Source: Tubiluchus corallicola
Lineage: Eukaryota > Animalia > Priapulida
Direction: 5' to 3'
Assembly (NCBI GenBank): GCA_030141605.1
Contig: JAQGDQ010000041.1
Location: 186,001-250,000, forward strand
Length of the DNA stretch: 64,000 nucleotides
In this document: positions 25,935 through 38,699 of the stretch, in pieces
Position numbering within the stretch: the stretch's first letter is position 1
Layout of the letters: the number at the start of each line of letters is the position of its first letter
Notes under the pieces: generated by a model
What the model saw: only the letters and a program-made list of their open reading frames with translations
Told to the model about the DNA's origin: nothing
Database searches by the model: none
Position numbers and translations under genes: made by a program

Positions 25935-26802
25935 CAGTCTAACCTCGTTATCTCGCCACTGTCCGTCTAGGGCAAATTTTTGGCGAGAGGCGAGTATGGC
26001 GAGATATAGGGAATATAACGAAGTTAGTCTATATGTATATACATACTGTACATAATAGTTGATTAACATAGTGTTCCTCTATGTACATATAAAATATATT
26101 TCGCATTATGATACCACCAATCAACATTAAATCAGAAATGAAAAAATGTCATAAAAATAATCTTAGAATGTTACTTTTTTATTTAAAAAACCTTTTTCGA
26201 GTATACACTTAAATGCAATAAACTTAGCAAAAGATTTAGAAATGTTCACAAATGAGTTACTGACGACTGAAATAATTCAGAAGAGACGACTGTTTCATTG
26301 ATCATACACGCAAGCAGTCAACACGACGTTTAATCAAACACAATCCTTGAATATCGTCGCTTGTAACTCATGTAATGTTGCTCACACTTTGTGGAAACTC
26401 TAGCTTAAACGCAGCTTTGGTGTTATACAGTAAAGATATCGGTGACGCTTTAGTTTCTCTGCGCATTAACCAACCACAGCACTCCTAATCTAATCCTGGT
26501 GAGACACACACTAGATTAATTATGTCTGTCTATCGAGTACAGCAGCATTGTCTACATGCCGCAGTTATATTCATCGACACGCGGTATATGTATTGATCGA
26601 TTCACCTCTGAGTTTGTCTGTTTGGCGACATAACGAATATAGTTTACATAAGCACTCATCCTAGCATGACGTGGCGAGGGCGAGAAGCGAGGGTGGCGAC
26701 TTAACGAGGTAAATATCAAAGCAGGAAATCCGTCCTGGTACTTTCTATGGCGAGAGACGAGTTTGGCGGCATAACGAGGGGCGAGATAACAAGGTTAGAC
26801 TG
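25935..26802. mobile_element. pogo/Tigger-like MITE
   Basis: TIR cagtctaacctcgttatctcgcc / ggcgagataacaaggttagactg, TA TSD, multiple subterminal tggcga-taacga repeats. Confidence 0.9.
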
Positions 26803-27164
26803 TATCTCATTTAAATTGCAAAGGTATGAGTTAATGTACAGTAAAGAACACTGAATTTTGCATATAGCTTAACCAACAAGCATTCCTCACACTGAATTTT
26901 GCTAATGTACTACGTAAATAAAATATTAAGCTCTTCATAATACAAAAGAACCAAAGATGTTATGAATATAATACAGTAATTAATTCGGATTAATTAAATT
27001 GCTGCGCTATGTACATAACACTGCTGTTCTTTTTTATGATGATATTTAGTATTTTTATGATTTAGATTTTTCACATTAGTCTAACCTAACAAAAATTCAT
27101 TCTTCACAATAACACGAAATTAAAAAAAGACAAATAGGAATACGCCGATTAAGTTTGCACTTAC

Positions 27165-27329
27165 TTTTTCCATCAATGCTTGTTCTTTGTTGAAAAGAGA
27201 CACAGCTTCTCTAGCGCCATGCAGACCTCGAGCCGGTTCCCATGAGTCTTCTTCAGAATCGTACCCTTTCCATCGGACCAGGTACTGTTTTCTTCTATTC
27301 ACGAAACGAGCATCCAAGATTCTCTCCAC
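27165..27329 (-). CDS. Chromodomain-transmembrane protein, exon 2 (chromodomain)
   Basis: tttcag|VERILDARFVNRRKQYLVRWKGYDSEEDSWEPARGLHGAREAVSLFNKEQALMEK|gtaagt, CDYL/HP1-type chromodomain. Confidence 0.92.
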
Positions 27330-28335
27330 CTGAAATGTTCGCCGTTTATATATACAAAAACTAAACTAAGCCTAAAGATCAGATTAGCCCTGAAGTTAGT
27401 CGTCTGAGAATTCACATTAGCATAAAACTAGCATTAGTTTAAATTCATAACTTTTTTGGTGTTTTTATCTGCTAATCAGTTTCAAGTGTTTTGTTAGTGT
27501 ATTCTGAATTCTATGCCAGCATAACATATACTCACCAACAGATGCTTAAAAGCCATAGAGTTCACTGAAGTTAAGCTGAAGCTCGTACCATAGCATAATA
27601 AACTCTCTTAATTCCTAAAAACTTTAGAAGCAACTATTCTATCGGATTATATATATAAATCTTCTACATGAGTTACAAGATCTGTCTCCTTAGAAAACAG
27701 ACATACATAGACTATGAAATTACAACTAAGCAGTAAGTAAGCAAGCAACTTTAATTATTGTCATCATATTATAGTACATATAATGAACAGATAACAACAA
27801 CAAAGCAGTCTTCTTTGGGGGTTTAAGTGGAGAGCACATGACATGTATGTCTAGGTACCAGGTTTTTAGAAATACAAACCAGGTAACTCTTATGCCCATA
27901 TAGTAAGAATAACAATGCAGTGAGCACTGAGCATGTTGTGATTTTAACTTTCCTTTCTTAAAATGACAAAAAAGAAAAATTCTTTCCATTCTTAGAGACC
28001 ATTTAAATAAAAAGACAAAACACATTACACAATGTACACTACTACATATGTGAGCTACAGAGCATTTAAACAAAAACAAAAGAATTAAAGTTAACATTCA
28101 TATTTCACATTTATTTAAATATTTAAGCAACAAAAATATGTTATAATTTATTGTAACACATTTAAAGCATGTAATGTTCCAATATAACACAGCATAAAAC
28201 AGATTAATTAAAAAAAATCATACAATTATTTAACAACTCAGATATGCCACAGTTAAACAAAATGTTATCCAATATTATCCTTTCAAAGCCCTTAAAAAAC
28301 AACCGCTGCATTATAGTGTCAAAAGTCTTTGTGTG

Positions 28336-30765
28336 TTATGAAAGATCTAGTCTCCTGTAAAGAACTAGCTCTGCCTGGTCGGGAGTAAATTTAAATACCC
28401 CAAGTTCATGTAAAACTGCTACAGGGTCTACAATAGCTGTATTGTCCAATGAACTCTTGTGTAATGCATTGTATAACACGTCCTTTAACAGCAGAGCCGA
28501 GCCAGCTCTTAATGTCAACAACAGACAACCTTCTTTTATATCTTTGAAGTAGTTTTCAGGACGTTGAGTATATTCACCAAAAAGTGGAAAGAGTCCACGA
28601 GTCATGTCATATTGAAATTGGGTCGCTCCACCCTCATTAAAGTGATTAGTACAAATCACTTCTTCAAAGACGTATTTATTGAGCAATTCTGCAAAGCGTT
28701 GCCAAACTTCCAAGAAAACAAGATGACAGAGCTGCTCTTCCAGTAAATGAAGACGATCCTTGATGACCAGCAACAATCCGCACGCAGAATCTGATATAGT
28801 CATTTTTAAGTACTCTGTTGGCTGAGGCATAGTCCTCCAGTGGTCATTCCGGTAAGGTTTATTGCGAGCCTTGACATCAAACATCACAGTTTTGAGAACG
28901 TTTTCAATCATTTCATTACGAACATGAGCATATAATTTTACAATATTGTCGAACACTGCACCTTCAACATAACCTAGTTTGCCAGGATCTACATCTCCAA
29001 TCACCTGACCCAGTGATAACTTCTTGACACTGGACAAAGAAGTGGAACGAGTAGATGAAAATGCTGCTCCATCTGTTTCCTCTACGACAGGATCTTCCTC
29101 ATCCTCATCTTCGGATAATAATGGTAAGCTACTATCGTGAAAACCCTCGTAATTTTCTTTGTAATGTTGTAGCCAAATAAACTCGGCTAAATCGCACCAC
29201 TTGGTCAGAATGGTAATTATGTAATTAACAGCATTGAGAATCTTGCAGTAGTTACTATTAAGATGAGGAAGAGTACGCTTCACTTGAACCAACCTCTGAT
29301 GAAACTCTGACAGAAGATCTAGCTGAAGATCCAGAAACTGCAATGTGTGCAAAGGAGACGGTAAGTATTTGTACCGCTCTGTGATTATCGTCATCAGTGT
29401 CATGAAGGTCTCTGCACACTCTGGAATTTTCGTATCATCGACATCATTAACGCTGCCATAATGAAGGTTCCATGCAGATGAAGCATCTAGCATGGCATCC
29501 ATCTTCCTTGAAGCAACTTGACCTTCCAAATGCAACCAACGGGTAAAGATGACTTTGTCACAAAGAATATGACTACAGCTAGGCAGATGTGAAGGATAGT
29601 CCAACTGCCTCAATTCTTTATCAAACAACAAAGCTTCATCTACTGTATGGAAAAAGTTAGTGTCATCTTCCAACTTCGAAAAGTCCAAAATGAGTTTTTC
29701 CACAACTAACTGCACTATACCCCTCATAAATTCGGTTGTGGCTTCCGTTGATTTTAGCCCGTTTTTGTTAAACATGGGTTGAATTTTTTGGTGAATGAAA
29801 TTAGAATTATCCTTTATCCAAGTAAGCGCTTGTGTCATGTACCACTCCGGCTTTGCAATGTTGTTCGTCAACTTTTTGCCACAAAAGTGATAGCGAAAAC
29901 GTTTAGCAAGTGGCTTCAGTAAAAGCTGCATAGGAAGGCAAAGTGGACGCCAGGTCGGATACACTGTTGAAATGACTGGTTCATCATTAATTAAAACTTG
30001 TGGAAGTTCAACTTGAAGCAAGTAAGTGAACAATAATTCAAGTTTCTGGTCAATATCAGCCTGCAACAACTTTGTAACTGACTTTTGGTTACCAGCCACC
30101 TCAGCAATTTTCACTGTTGGCCAATTTAATGCAGACAACAACTCCTCAAACTGAACACCAAATTTATCCAACAGTATGTTATACCACAATAACACAGTTT
30201 CATTCACAAAACACACCAAGTTTGTACATGATGAACCTTGAAGTACTTTGTTAAAATTAGCCAGCTGAGCAAAAGAAGTTGAAGCCCTGTCATCGGCTTT
30301 GATGAGAAGAGCCGACTGAATAGCTTCATTACATTCGTCAACCTTCAAAATCCACTCAAAATATTGAGAATATCGTTCCAGGGCATCCATTAGTTCAAGT
30401 TTTTTGCCCATTTCCTCCAGTACCGGCTGTGCATTGTCAACATGTGCGTTTATTGACAGCAGCACCGATTCTTGACGACTGCTCAAGGTACAAATGTTTG
30501 ATACAGCCAACTCAGCTTGACTCAATGTATCGCCGATGGTAGAAATTTCAACATGTTCAATATTAGGATTTCTGACCAAGCCAAATTTCGTTTCCAACAT
30601 TTGTTTTCTCTTAGAAATTTTATTTAGAACCTTTCTGCTTTGGTTTAAAAGCTTAATGTCTTCACCAAACTGAGCATTAATAGCAGAAATTACACTGCTC
30701 AAAGAAGAGATTTCACCGTCGGAGGCAGCCATTTTGCTACGCAATAAAGTAGCTCTTAATGACAT
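28336..30765 (-). CDS. RINT1: RAD50-interacting protein 1 (RINT1/Tip20 family), intronless ORF nested in intron 1 of the chromodomain gene
   Basis: 809-aa uninterrupted ORF with RINT1 motifs KRFRYHF.G.K.TN...KPEWY..Q.L.WI, FFHTVDE.LLFDKELR, PECAETFMTL...ITERY, NHFNEGGA.QF.YDMTR.LFPLF. The second ATG (aaaATGGCTGCC, 30732) may be the ancestral start. Confidence 0.95.
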   Translation of the reverse strand: MSLRATLLRSKMAASDGEISSLSSVISAINAQFGEDIKLLNQSRKVLNKISKRKQMLETKFGLVRNPNIEHVEISTIGDTLSQAELAVSNICTLSSRQESVLLSINAHVDNAQPVLEEMGKKLELMDALERYSQYFEWILKVDECNEAIQSALLIKADDRASTSFAQLANFNKVLQGSSCTNLVCFVNETVLLWYNILLDKFGVQFEELLSALNWPTVKIAEVAGNQKSVTKLLQADIDQKLELLFTYLLQVELPQVLINDEPVISTVYPTWRPLCLPMQLLLKPLAKRFRYHFCGKKLTNNIAKPEWYMTQALTWIKDNSNFIHQKIQPMFNKNGLKSTEATTEFMRGIVQLVVEKLILDFSKLEDDTNFFHTVDEALLFDKELRQLDYPSHLPSCSHILCDKVIFTRWLHLEGQVASRKMDAMLDASSAWNLHYGSVNDVDDTKIPECAETFMTLMTIITERYKYLPSPLHTLQFLDLQLDLLSEFHQRLVQVKRTLPHLNSNYCKILNAVNYIITILTKWCDLAEFIWLQHYKENYEGFHDSSLPLLSEDEDEEDPVVEETDGAAFSSTRSTSLSSVKKLSLGQVIGDVDPGKLGYVEGAVFDNIVKLYAHVRNEMIENVLKTVMFDVKARNKPYRNDHWRTMPQPTEYLKMTISDSACGLLLVIKDRLHLLEEQLCHLVFLEVWQRFAELLNKYVFEEVICTNHFNEGGATQFQYDMTRGLFPLFGEYTQRPENYFKDIKEGCLLLTLRAGSALLLKDVLYNALHKSSLDNTAIVDPVAVLHELGVFKFTPDQAELVLYRRLDLS

Positions 30766-32909
30766 TTCTATCTAAAACAGGTCTCCATTCACCTTGATTT
30801 TATTATTGACGGCTGATATGGACTGAAAACTTACAACTGAGTAGACAAAGCAAATCATTCAAAATCTCTGGTAGACATTACAATATTATATAAATGTATT
30901 TTACATAGAATACCTATGTCAGCAATGTCACTGTTGGGTTTGCAAAAGCTTATAAAAACTCCAATTTTAATTTTATACTCAAGAGAGGAAACGAGCAACA
31001 GACATATAAGGAGAGAGAAAATTATAGGCAAAAAGCCTAAATATAGGCTTCACCTTGTCGATCTAAAATAAAACGGTAATATTATAAGCACGTGCTTTTT
31101 GTAAAACATCCGAAATAGTTGAAAGTATCAGTATAATTAGTGAGGATGGCTTGCTAATAACCGACACAAAGTGTAAAGGCTTTACACCTGTTAGAAGTCA
31201 CTGTCGCAGCACAACACACCTGATGTGATATGTTATGCAGAAATGCGTGTGATGAATATAATTCTTATCAGTGCTGACCTGCACATGACAAATTAACACA
31301 GCTCTTTAAAAATTTGTAAAAAAGTCAAATGTACCTCGAACGATCCAAAAACCAATAGGCTCTAACCTGTACCTAGTATCTTATCCTTGTGCCAAATATT
31401 CTACATTACTCAACGACCAAGAAAGCTTACAACTGACAACAAACATGTATAAAATATCCAAATGGAAAAGCTACCAATCATTGTGGTAACGGTCCTTGCC
31501 TTTATACATTTGGCAAATTCTCTCTAAATATGCTTAGACATGCTTAAAAGTAAATAGTTTATGAACATGCTAAAAAGAGCCAAGAACAGCTCTTGTTGTA
31601 CCACTGTCTTTGGTCTATAACCCTCTTCATGCAAAGCCTTACAAAATGGCAAATATTTCATAAATATGTGGCCATAAGCCATATGAACTAAAATGTTATA
31701 AGGAACTACCTACTACAGAAAACAAAAGCCATTTGATCCGAATTCAATAGAAAAATGTCAGGTTTGCTACGTTGGATCGCAACTTAACGAGTCTACTATC
31801 AATAAAGAGTTGACACAACTCTTTTTATATACAGGGCTATCCCTAAAGTACCTGTGTTGATTTACATTTTGTTAGACAATTAGTCAACAATCATATCATG
31901 TCTTTGAGTATAGTATACATAGATTTAAATTGGAAACCGTTTTTTTAATGTAATTAGAACACAATTTTTGCATAATCTGCACATTTGCTACTTCTTAAAA
32001 CTGTTTTCAAACAATTCTTTAACTCACACACAAATCTATTCATCCTCCCGATGTAACACACGTTAATAGGAACTGTTACCACAGGTGGATACATCTAGGT
32101 GTCAAAAGCGGCCCAAAAAATATCTACCCACCAGGTGCCATGATTCATACATATATACGTACTTGTAAACAAACAGACCAAAACAATAATTCTATTGTTG
32201 CCCATTTCGAAGCACTAGGCAACAATAAAAGCACTACAGCCAACAAGCTAAATGATGTATTTACAATCAACAAGTCCAATGTTGCATAAAGGTAATGTTT
32301 AAATGATAGAGGAAAGGTTGAACCTGGAAATGGAAATAATATAGTAAAAATAAGAACGCTATTACATCGAATTCCAAGCTCTCGGTTACAAAAAATCGGA
32401 AGTTCTCATTATATTGCAATACAAATGGCTCAACACACCCTCTGTTACAAGAAAAAACAAGAAAGCATGTGGATATCATTGTTTGGATACCAATACCAAT
32501 ACCAATATGTGGCTATATTTCACTAATAAACCTAAAAGATTCCGAATTAATTGCTGATAAATTCAACAATTTGCTTCGAAATTAATTTATAGCTAACTTC
32601 GAAATGTAGACAGTGAACACAAATTCAAGAAAAGTGTCAAGATAAAATCAAGAATTTCAGAAATTTTGTGTTAATGTTTCATAAACTCAGGAAACATAAA
32701 GACAATACCAAACTTAGCAATACCATCAATTCAATTTGAATTACTTTCATTATGCTAAAATTTCACACAAATTTGCAATATGAGTGTAAATAGACAAGGT
32801 GAAAAAAATCGTATGGTCATCAAATCAAACCACCTCCAACAAAAATAACCTCTGTAAATTCTAATTTCCAGTGATTTTAACGGCAGATAAAGATATTATA
32901 TCCTATCTA

Positions 32910-32914
<5 letters not shown>

Positions 32915-32961
<47 letters not shown>

Positions 32962-32986
32962 GAGAGAGAGAGAGAGAGAGAGAGAG
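32915..32986. repeat. (CT)23 directly fused to (AG)13: palindromic microsatellite
   Basis: Read directly from the sequence. Confidence 0.95.
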
Positions 32987-33744
32987 TGGGGGAGCACAGC
33001 AGTGAATGTGAATGACAACCTTATGTGAATGTGGCAACAGTGTAAAATGAAAAAAATAAAGTAAGAGAGAATAACAATCACCAGGATTGCCATTTAGTCA
33101 ACACAGAGCCAGTGAAGGCTTACATACTGTTTGTAGAGATGTATACTGGTTTACTGTCCTGTGGTGATCTCATCTACCATCTTGCATAACAACGCTTATA
33201 CTTTTATTTCATAATTATGTGTTTAGTTACTTCCAAGCCAAGTTATCCATACTGTTTTATTTGATGGTTTTTGCACCTGCTCAACCTTATTAAAAGTATC
33301 AGTCACTTACAGTTTTGACTACATGACTAAAAAACCGAAGAGAAAACAAGTTTCAGGAAAAAGTGCTGGTTGCCACTTCACTAGCACATTTAATGATGGC
33401 ATTGCTTAATGATTGTTGTGCATATATGAGTCCATTTGACTACAGCAAACAATAGCAAATAGTCATACTGTACACTTTGTTACAGCTAAAATTTTCGGTG
33501 TTTACACAGTACCCAGGCTACCAAATGGCAGTCATTCAGTTTCTCTCGAGTGGAAAGTTTGTGAGTTAGCTTTACATGCCACATCTACAGTATCAGTTAC
33601 CTATAGAAATGTATAAAATCCCTCATACATTCACACTTCACAGGCATCAAACCTGATGAATTCTTTGTTAGAAGTATCACAATCGCTAGAGAACACAGTT
33701 ATAAATTCTACCAGAGGAGAGCCGATGTGACTCTCCAGTGATAA

Positions 33745-34638
33745 ATGTCGACAGGAACAAGAAGTAGAGCACGTTTACTGACGGTACTTGGTGACGTTGT
33801 TACACAAGCTACACCAGAAATGGGAAATGAATATGAAATTAACTCGCACCATGCAGAAGATGAAGACCACTCCCCAGAAAGTGAATGTGGAATAGAGGAC
33901 ACAGAGGATTTTGATCTTCAAGCTACTCTCAAAGTGCTAGTAAAGCAAGTTAAAGCAGTTAATCACAAGGTAACCAGAATCGATAAAAAAACTGAAGACA
34001 TAGAAAAATCCCAGCAGTTCATCTCGGATAGCTTTGAGACGATGAAACATGAACTTGCATCAGCACGCCAAGAAATCAATATCTTGAAGACAAAAAATAA
34101 TGCATTATCAGCTACAGTTGAAAAACTAGAAAAAACTATAAAGGACAAGGATCTGGAAATTGATAGTCTGGACCAATACAGTAGGCGTGACTGCATTGAG
34201 ATTTCAGGTGTGCCGCTGACAAAGGATGAGAATGTTTCTGATATAGTTCTGTCCATTGCTCTGAACATGGATATCCCACTTGATAGGAACGACATTAGTA
34301 CAGCCCATAGGCTTCCACCGCCTAAGCGAGGAGGAATTCCAAAGATAGTGGTGAAGTTCACTCGTAGGCTTGTCTGCGATCAGTTTTATGACAGCCGGAA
34401 AAAAGCTGGAAAAACAGGTCATCTTACTAGTGCCACTTACACCGTAGACAATCAGATCTACATCAATGAGCTGCTCACGACGAAACGAAGGACCCTTTTT
34501 CTCAAATGTCTAGAATTCAAGAGAAACCATAACTACAAGTACATTTGGATTAAGTATGGTAGAATTTTTATTCGAGCCAGTGACAATAGTAATACTGTTG
34601 AAGTTCAGAGGGAGGACGACTTGAACACCCTAAAATAA
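33745..34638 (+). CDS. LINE ORF1 (coiled coil plus RRM-like/CTD)
   Basis: 297 aa with LDQYSRRDCIEISGVP, DISTAHRL, IVVKF, IYINELLT and YKYIW..GRIFIR motifs. Confidence 0.88.
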   Translation: MSTGTRSRARLLTVLGDVVTQATPEMGNEYEINSHHAEDEDHSPESECGIEDTEDFDLQATLKVLVKQVKAVNHKVTRIDKKTEDIEKSQQFISDSFETMKHELASARQEINILKTKNNALSATVEKLEKTIKDKDLEIDSLDQYSRRDCIEISGVPLTKDENVSDIVLSIALNMDIPLDRNDISTAHRLPPPKRGGIPKIVVKFTRRLVCDQFYDSRKKAGKTGHLTSATYTVDNQIYINELLTTKRRTLFLKCLEFKRNHNYKYIWIKYGRIFIRASDNSNTVEVQREDDLNTLK

Positions 34639-34684
34639 AGACTTAGATGAGTAAATCCTGTTAGTTACATTTTATTACATAGTT

Positions 34685-37600
34685 ATGGTTTACCCATGCA
34701 CTTTTTGTCTACACAATTGCAAAAATAATCAATTTAGTATTTTCTGTGACATCTGCAAATGTTGGACGCACTTAAAATGCACAAGCTTAACAAGAGAGCA
34801 ATTTGTGACTTTATCAGAAACTTCTGATGTCTATTACTGTTTAAAATGCATTAATGAAGTTATGCCGTTTCAAAACATAGAAGACGAGGATTTGTCAATG
34901 AATTTCTCACATTTTGTTAATGTTGAAGATATCGAGCAAATAACTACTGCTTTGGAAGAATATCTTTCTCCAAATCCTAACAAAGCTGATTCTTATGATC
35001 CTGATCATCATTCGGTTAAGTTCACATGTAATTATTATAAACTTGAATCTCTAAAGAATGACATCAATCTCAATTCAGATAAAAACGATTTTTTGTTTGT
35101 CCATATGAATACGAATAGTTTAACCAAAAATTACTCGAGTATGCTCGATGTACTTTGTTATTTTTCACAGGCCCCTGATGTTATCGCCATCAGTGAAACT
35201 CGTATAAAAGATCATCAACCTTTTTTATGTTCTCTCCCCGGCTACACTTATATTTCACACAACTCGGTAACTAATGCAGGTGGTGTAGCCTTATATATTA
35301 AAACTTCTATAGACTTTCAAATTAAAAGAAATTTGAAAATAGAATGTGATAAGGTGATAAATGATACCTTGCCCCCTGTGCATAGCCATATTCAGGTTGA
35401 ACATCTTTTTGTAGAATTGTCAACAAAATTTTCTAGTAAAAATATTATTTTTGGGGTGATCTATCGCCACCCAAACACTCCACTCAGACATTTTCATGAA
35501 GAGATGGACAATCTTCTGAATAAAATCAGCAAAACAGATAAATTGGCCTATGTGTGCGGAGATATTAACATCGACTTATTACAGTATGACTCTAAGCAAT
35601 GTGTTCAGGACTATACCAATATGCTTTTTGCCAATTACTTTACACCATTGATTACTAAGCCTACACGTTTTTCTTCTACAGCTAAAACACTTATTGACCA
35701 TATTTACACTAACTCCCCTTCTTCCCCCATTTATGCTGGTGTAGTCCTGAACCAAGTATCAGATCACCTACCTGTTTTTGCCATTTGTAAAAATTCTTAC
35801 TTATTGAAAAAACAAACAAAAATCAGGAAACGAAAGTTGAATAATATTAATTCTGCAAGTTTTTTAAATGACCTAAATCAAGCATTTATGGAAGCAGGAG
35901 TTAAAGACAATAGCGATATAAATCAAGCATTTAACGATTTTTTTCGTCTTTCACGAATGTTCTGGATGCTCATGCACCTATAATTACATTAAGCAGGAAA
36001 CAAACAGTTACATTTCAAAAACCCTGGCTTACATCTGGCATACTTACGTCTATCAAGATACGTAGTCGAATGTTCAAGACACATAAATTATCTAATTCTC
36101 TCTACAAGCAGCAACTTTATAGGGCCTACTCTAATAAATTAAATCATATAAAAGATTTAGCCAAAAAGAAATATTATGAATACCAGTTTCAAATTAATCA
36201 AAACAATGTTAAGAAAACCTGGACCATTATTAATAATATAATTGGCAGAAAAAACAAACAAATGCAAATTCCTAAGAAACTAGTGTACAATGGACATTCC
36301 TCATCTGATCCTGGAACTATTGCTAACATGTTCAATGAATTTTTCCAATCTGTGGGTAATAAAATGGCAGCTAATATCCCGCTTAATCCTAATGATTTTA
36401 GCACATACCTTTCGAATCCAAATTGCAACACCTTCTTTTTAAATCTAGTAGTAGGAATTGAAATAAAAACACTTATTAATAATCTCAGTGATTTAAAAGC
36501 AAATGGACCTGAAGACATTCCAATAAGAATCTATAAATTGACAAAAGACGTTATTACACCGATACTAGTTACTTTAATTAATAAGTCTTTCACAGAAGGC
36601 ATATTTCCCGAAATTTTGAAAATTTCCAAAATCATTCCTATTTATAAAGCAAGCTCGCCAGATAATCCATCAAACTACCGACCAATTTCTTTATTATCTC
36701 CTATTTCACTACTTTTTGAAAACATTCTTTACAAAAGGTTAATTTTGTTTCTAAACAACTCTAACGTCATAACAAAATACCAGTTTGGTTTTCGGAAAAA
36801 CCATTCGACGGCACTTGCTACAGCCGAAATAATTGATAATCTCCTATTTAATCTTGATAATAATACAATAACCTGTGGCATCTTTCTCGACTTATCTAAA
36901 GCTTTTGATTGTGTACAACATGACATTCTTTTGACCAAGATACAGCACTATGGCATTAGAGGCACCCCTTTTAATTTAATGAAATCGTATCTCAGTAACA
37001 GACGACAATTTACAATGGTAGGCAATGCTAAATCCACTCTTCTTAATGTCACGACGGGCGTACCACAAGGTTCTACACTGGGCCCCTTATTCTTTTTACT
37101 CTATATCAACGACCTCCCACAAGCAACTAATTTCACTGCACGTCTTTTCGCCGATGATACAAACCTTTTTTTAACTGGTCGTGAATTGCACTCACTTCAA
37201 ACTCAAGTTAATCTTGAATTAAAAAAGGTTGATACCTGGATGCAGACTAATAAGTTGTCAGTTAACTACACGAAAACCAAATATATGCTGATTGCAAAAA
37301 AACAAACAGATACGCATAACAATTTTACAGTAGAAATAAATGATAGGACAATCACACAAACTCACTACATAAAGTACTTAGGACTTCATATTGATAATAA
37401 ACTCTCGTGGAAGACGCACATACAAACCATTAATCAGAAAATTAGCAAAACATCTGGTATCTTTTTCAAACTCAATTTTTTGAGTACCTACATTCTGAAA
37501 ATTCTCTATTATTCCCTTATCTATCCATATCTCTATTATTGTATATTATCCTGGGGAACTGCCAGTGTCTCTTCACTCAAACCTTTGATAGTCGCACAAA

Positions 37601-37986
37601 ATAAAATTATCAAATGCATCACACGAGTAAAAAAGTTTGACCATGTCACACCATCTTATGTGCAGTTAAATTTACTCAAACTTAAAGATATTTACCAATT
37701 AGAACTTTTCAAATTCATGCATAAATACAGTTTTGGTACCTTGCCCGAACTATTTAAAAACTATTTCACCAGAATTGTAGAAATACATCACTATTCAACA
37801 CGTGCTGCTGCTAGAGGAGATTTTTATCAGGACAGATACTTCACTTCTTTTGGGCTAAGCACCTTAAAATATAACGGCACAGTGCTGTGGAATAAACTTC
37901 CAAGAGAATTCACTAGCAATTCCTTCTTTAGATCAGCTACTCGAAAATTTCGTTTACACTTACTTTCGCATTACTGTTCTTCATAA
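34685..37986 (+). CDS. LINE ORF2: PHD finger, APE endonuclease, reverse transcriptase; one frameshift at T7 (35938-35944)
   Basis: C4HC3 PHD; IAISET, GDINID, IDHIY, SDHLP; GVPQGSTLGP, FADDT, KYLG. A -1 shift restores LDAHAP...KPWLT. Confidence 0.9.
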
Positions 37987-38699
37987 ACTTACAGATATTT
38001 TTTCTATTTTGATAATTTGCAGCATACACAAATATGTGAAAATAGTGCTTTATGATAAAATAAATCTGTCACAAGTTTATTATCTAGGAAAATATCATAT
38101 TCGTGTATTTATTAGGATACGACTGCATGAATTGCAATCACAAATTAGTCAGCAGTATCAATTTTCGGTATATTACTCAAACTTAGCTGATCTTATTTAT
38201 TTTGCTTTTGTTTTGTTTATTAATCAGACACATTTGTTATTATTTTAATGCATGCATTTTGCAGTTAGGTTCAGTTCACTATTTTGAAAGTTTATTTAAA
38301 TTTCTGTTTGGCCAGCTTACTTTACACTTCATTTAATTTGTTTTTTATTATGTTCATTTAATATTATTGTTATTATTTTGCATGTTTTTCTCATTCTGAG
38401 TTATATATCATATTTTGATAGCTTCAGTGTCATCTCACTAATTACATACATCCATTGAAGGGTGGCTTGACTAGTTGACCTTCTTGGTCTTTCGCCATCC
38501 TATTTCCATTGTAATAACTAAACACATTTACTTGCTCAATTATATAATGAATATGGAAATAAAATGCACGTTTGAATTGAATTTGAATTGAATTGAATTG
38601 AATAGAACTGAAAGTACATTATTACTATTTTACTTAGCAACTTCATCTGTTTAAATTTCTCTAACATGTAATGGTAAACAAAAAGCAATTATAACTATA

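Larger units (their letters stand above)
33700..38602 (+). mobile_element. Near full-length CR1/L2-group (Crack/Daphne-like) LINE retrotransposon
   Basis: ORF1, ORF2 (PHD-APE-RT), 3'UTR stem-loop at 38460-38500, AATAAA, (TTGAA)n tail at 38571-38602. The 5' end is approximate. Confidence 0.92.

Noticed and set aside
27165-27329. Chromodomain as a chromovirus (Gypsy) integrase remnant
   Set aside because: It is bounded by canonical splice sites, split by an intron, and has no integrase, RT or LTR nearby.
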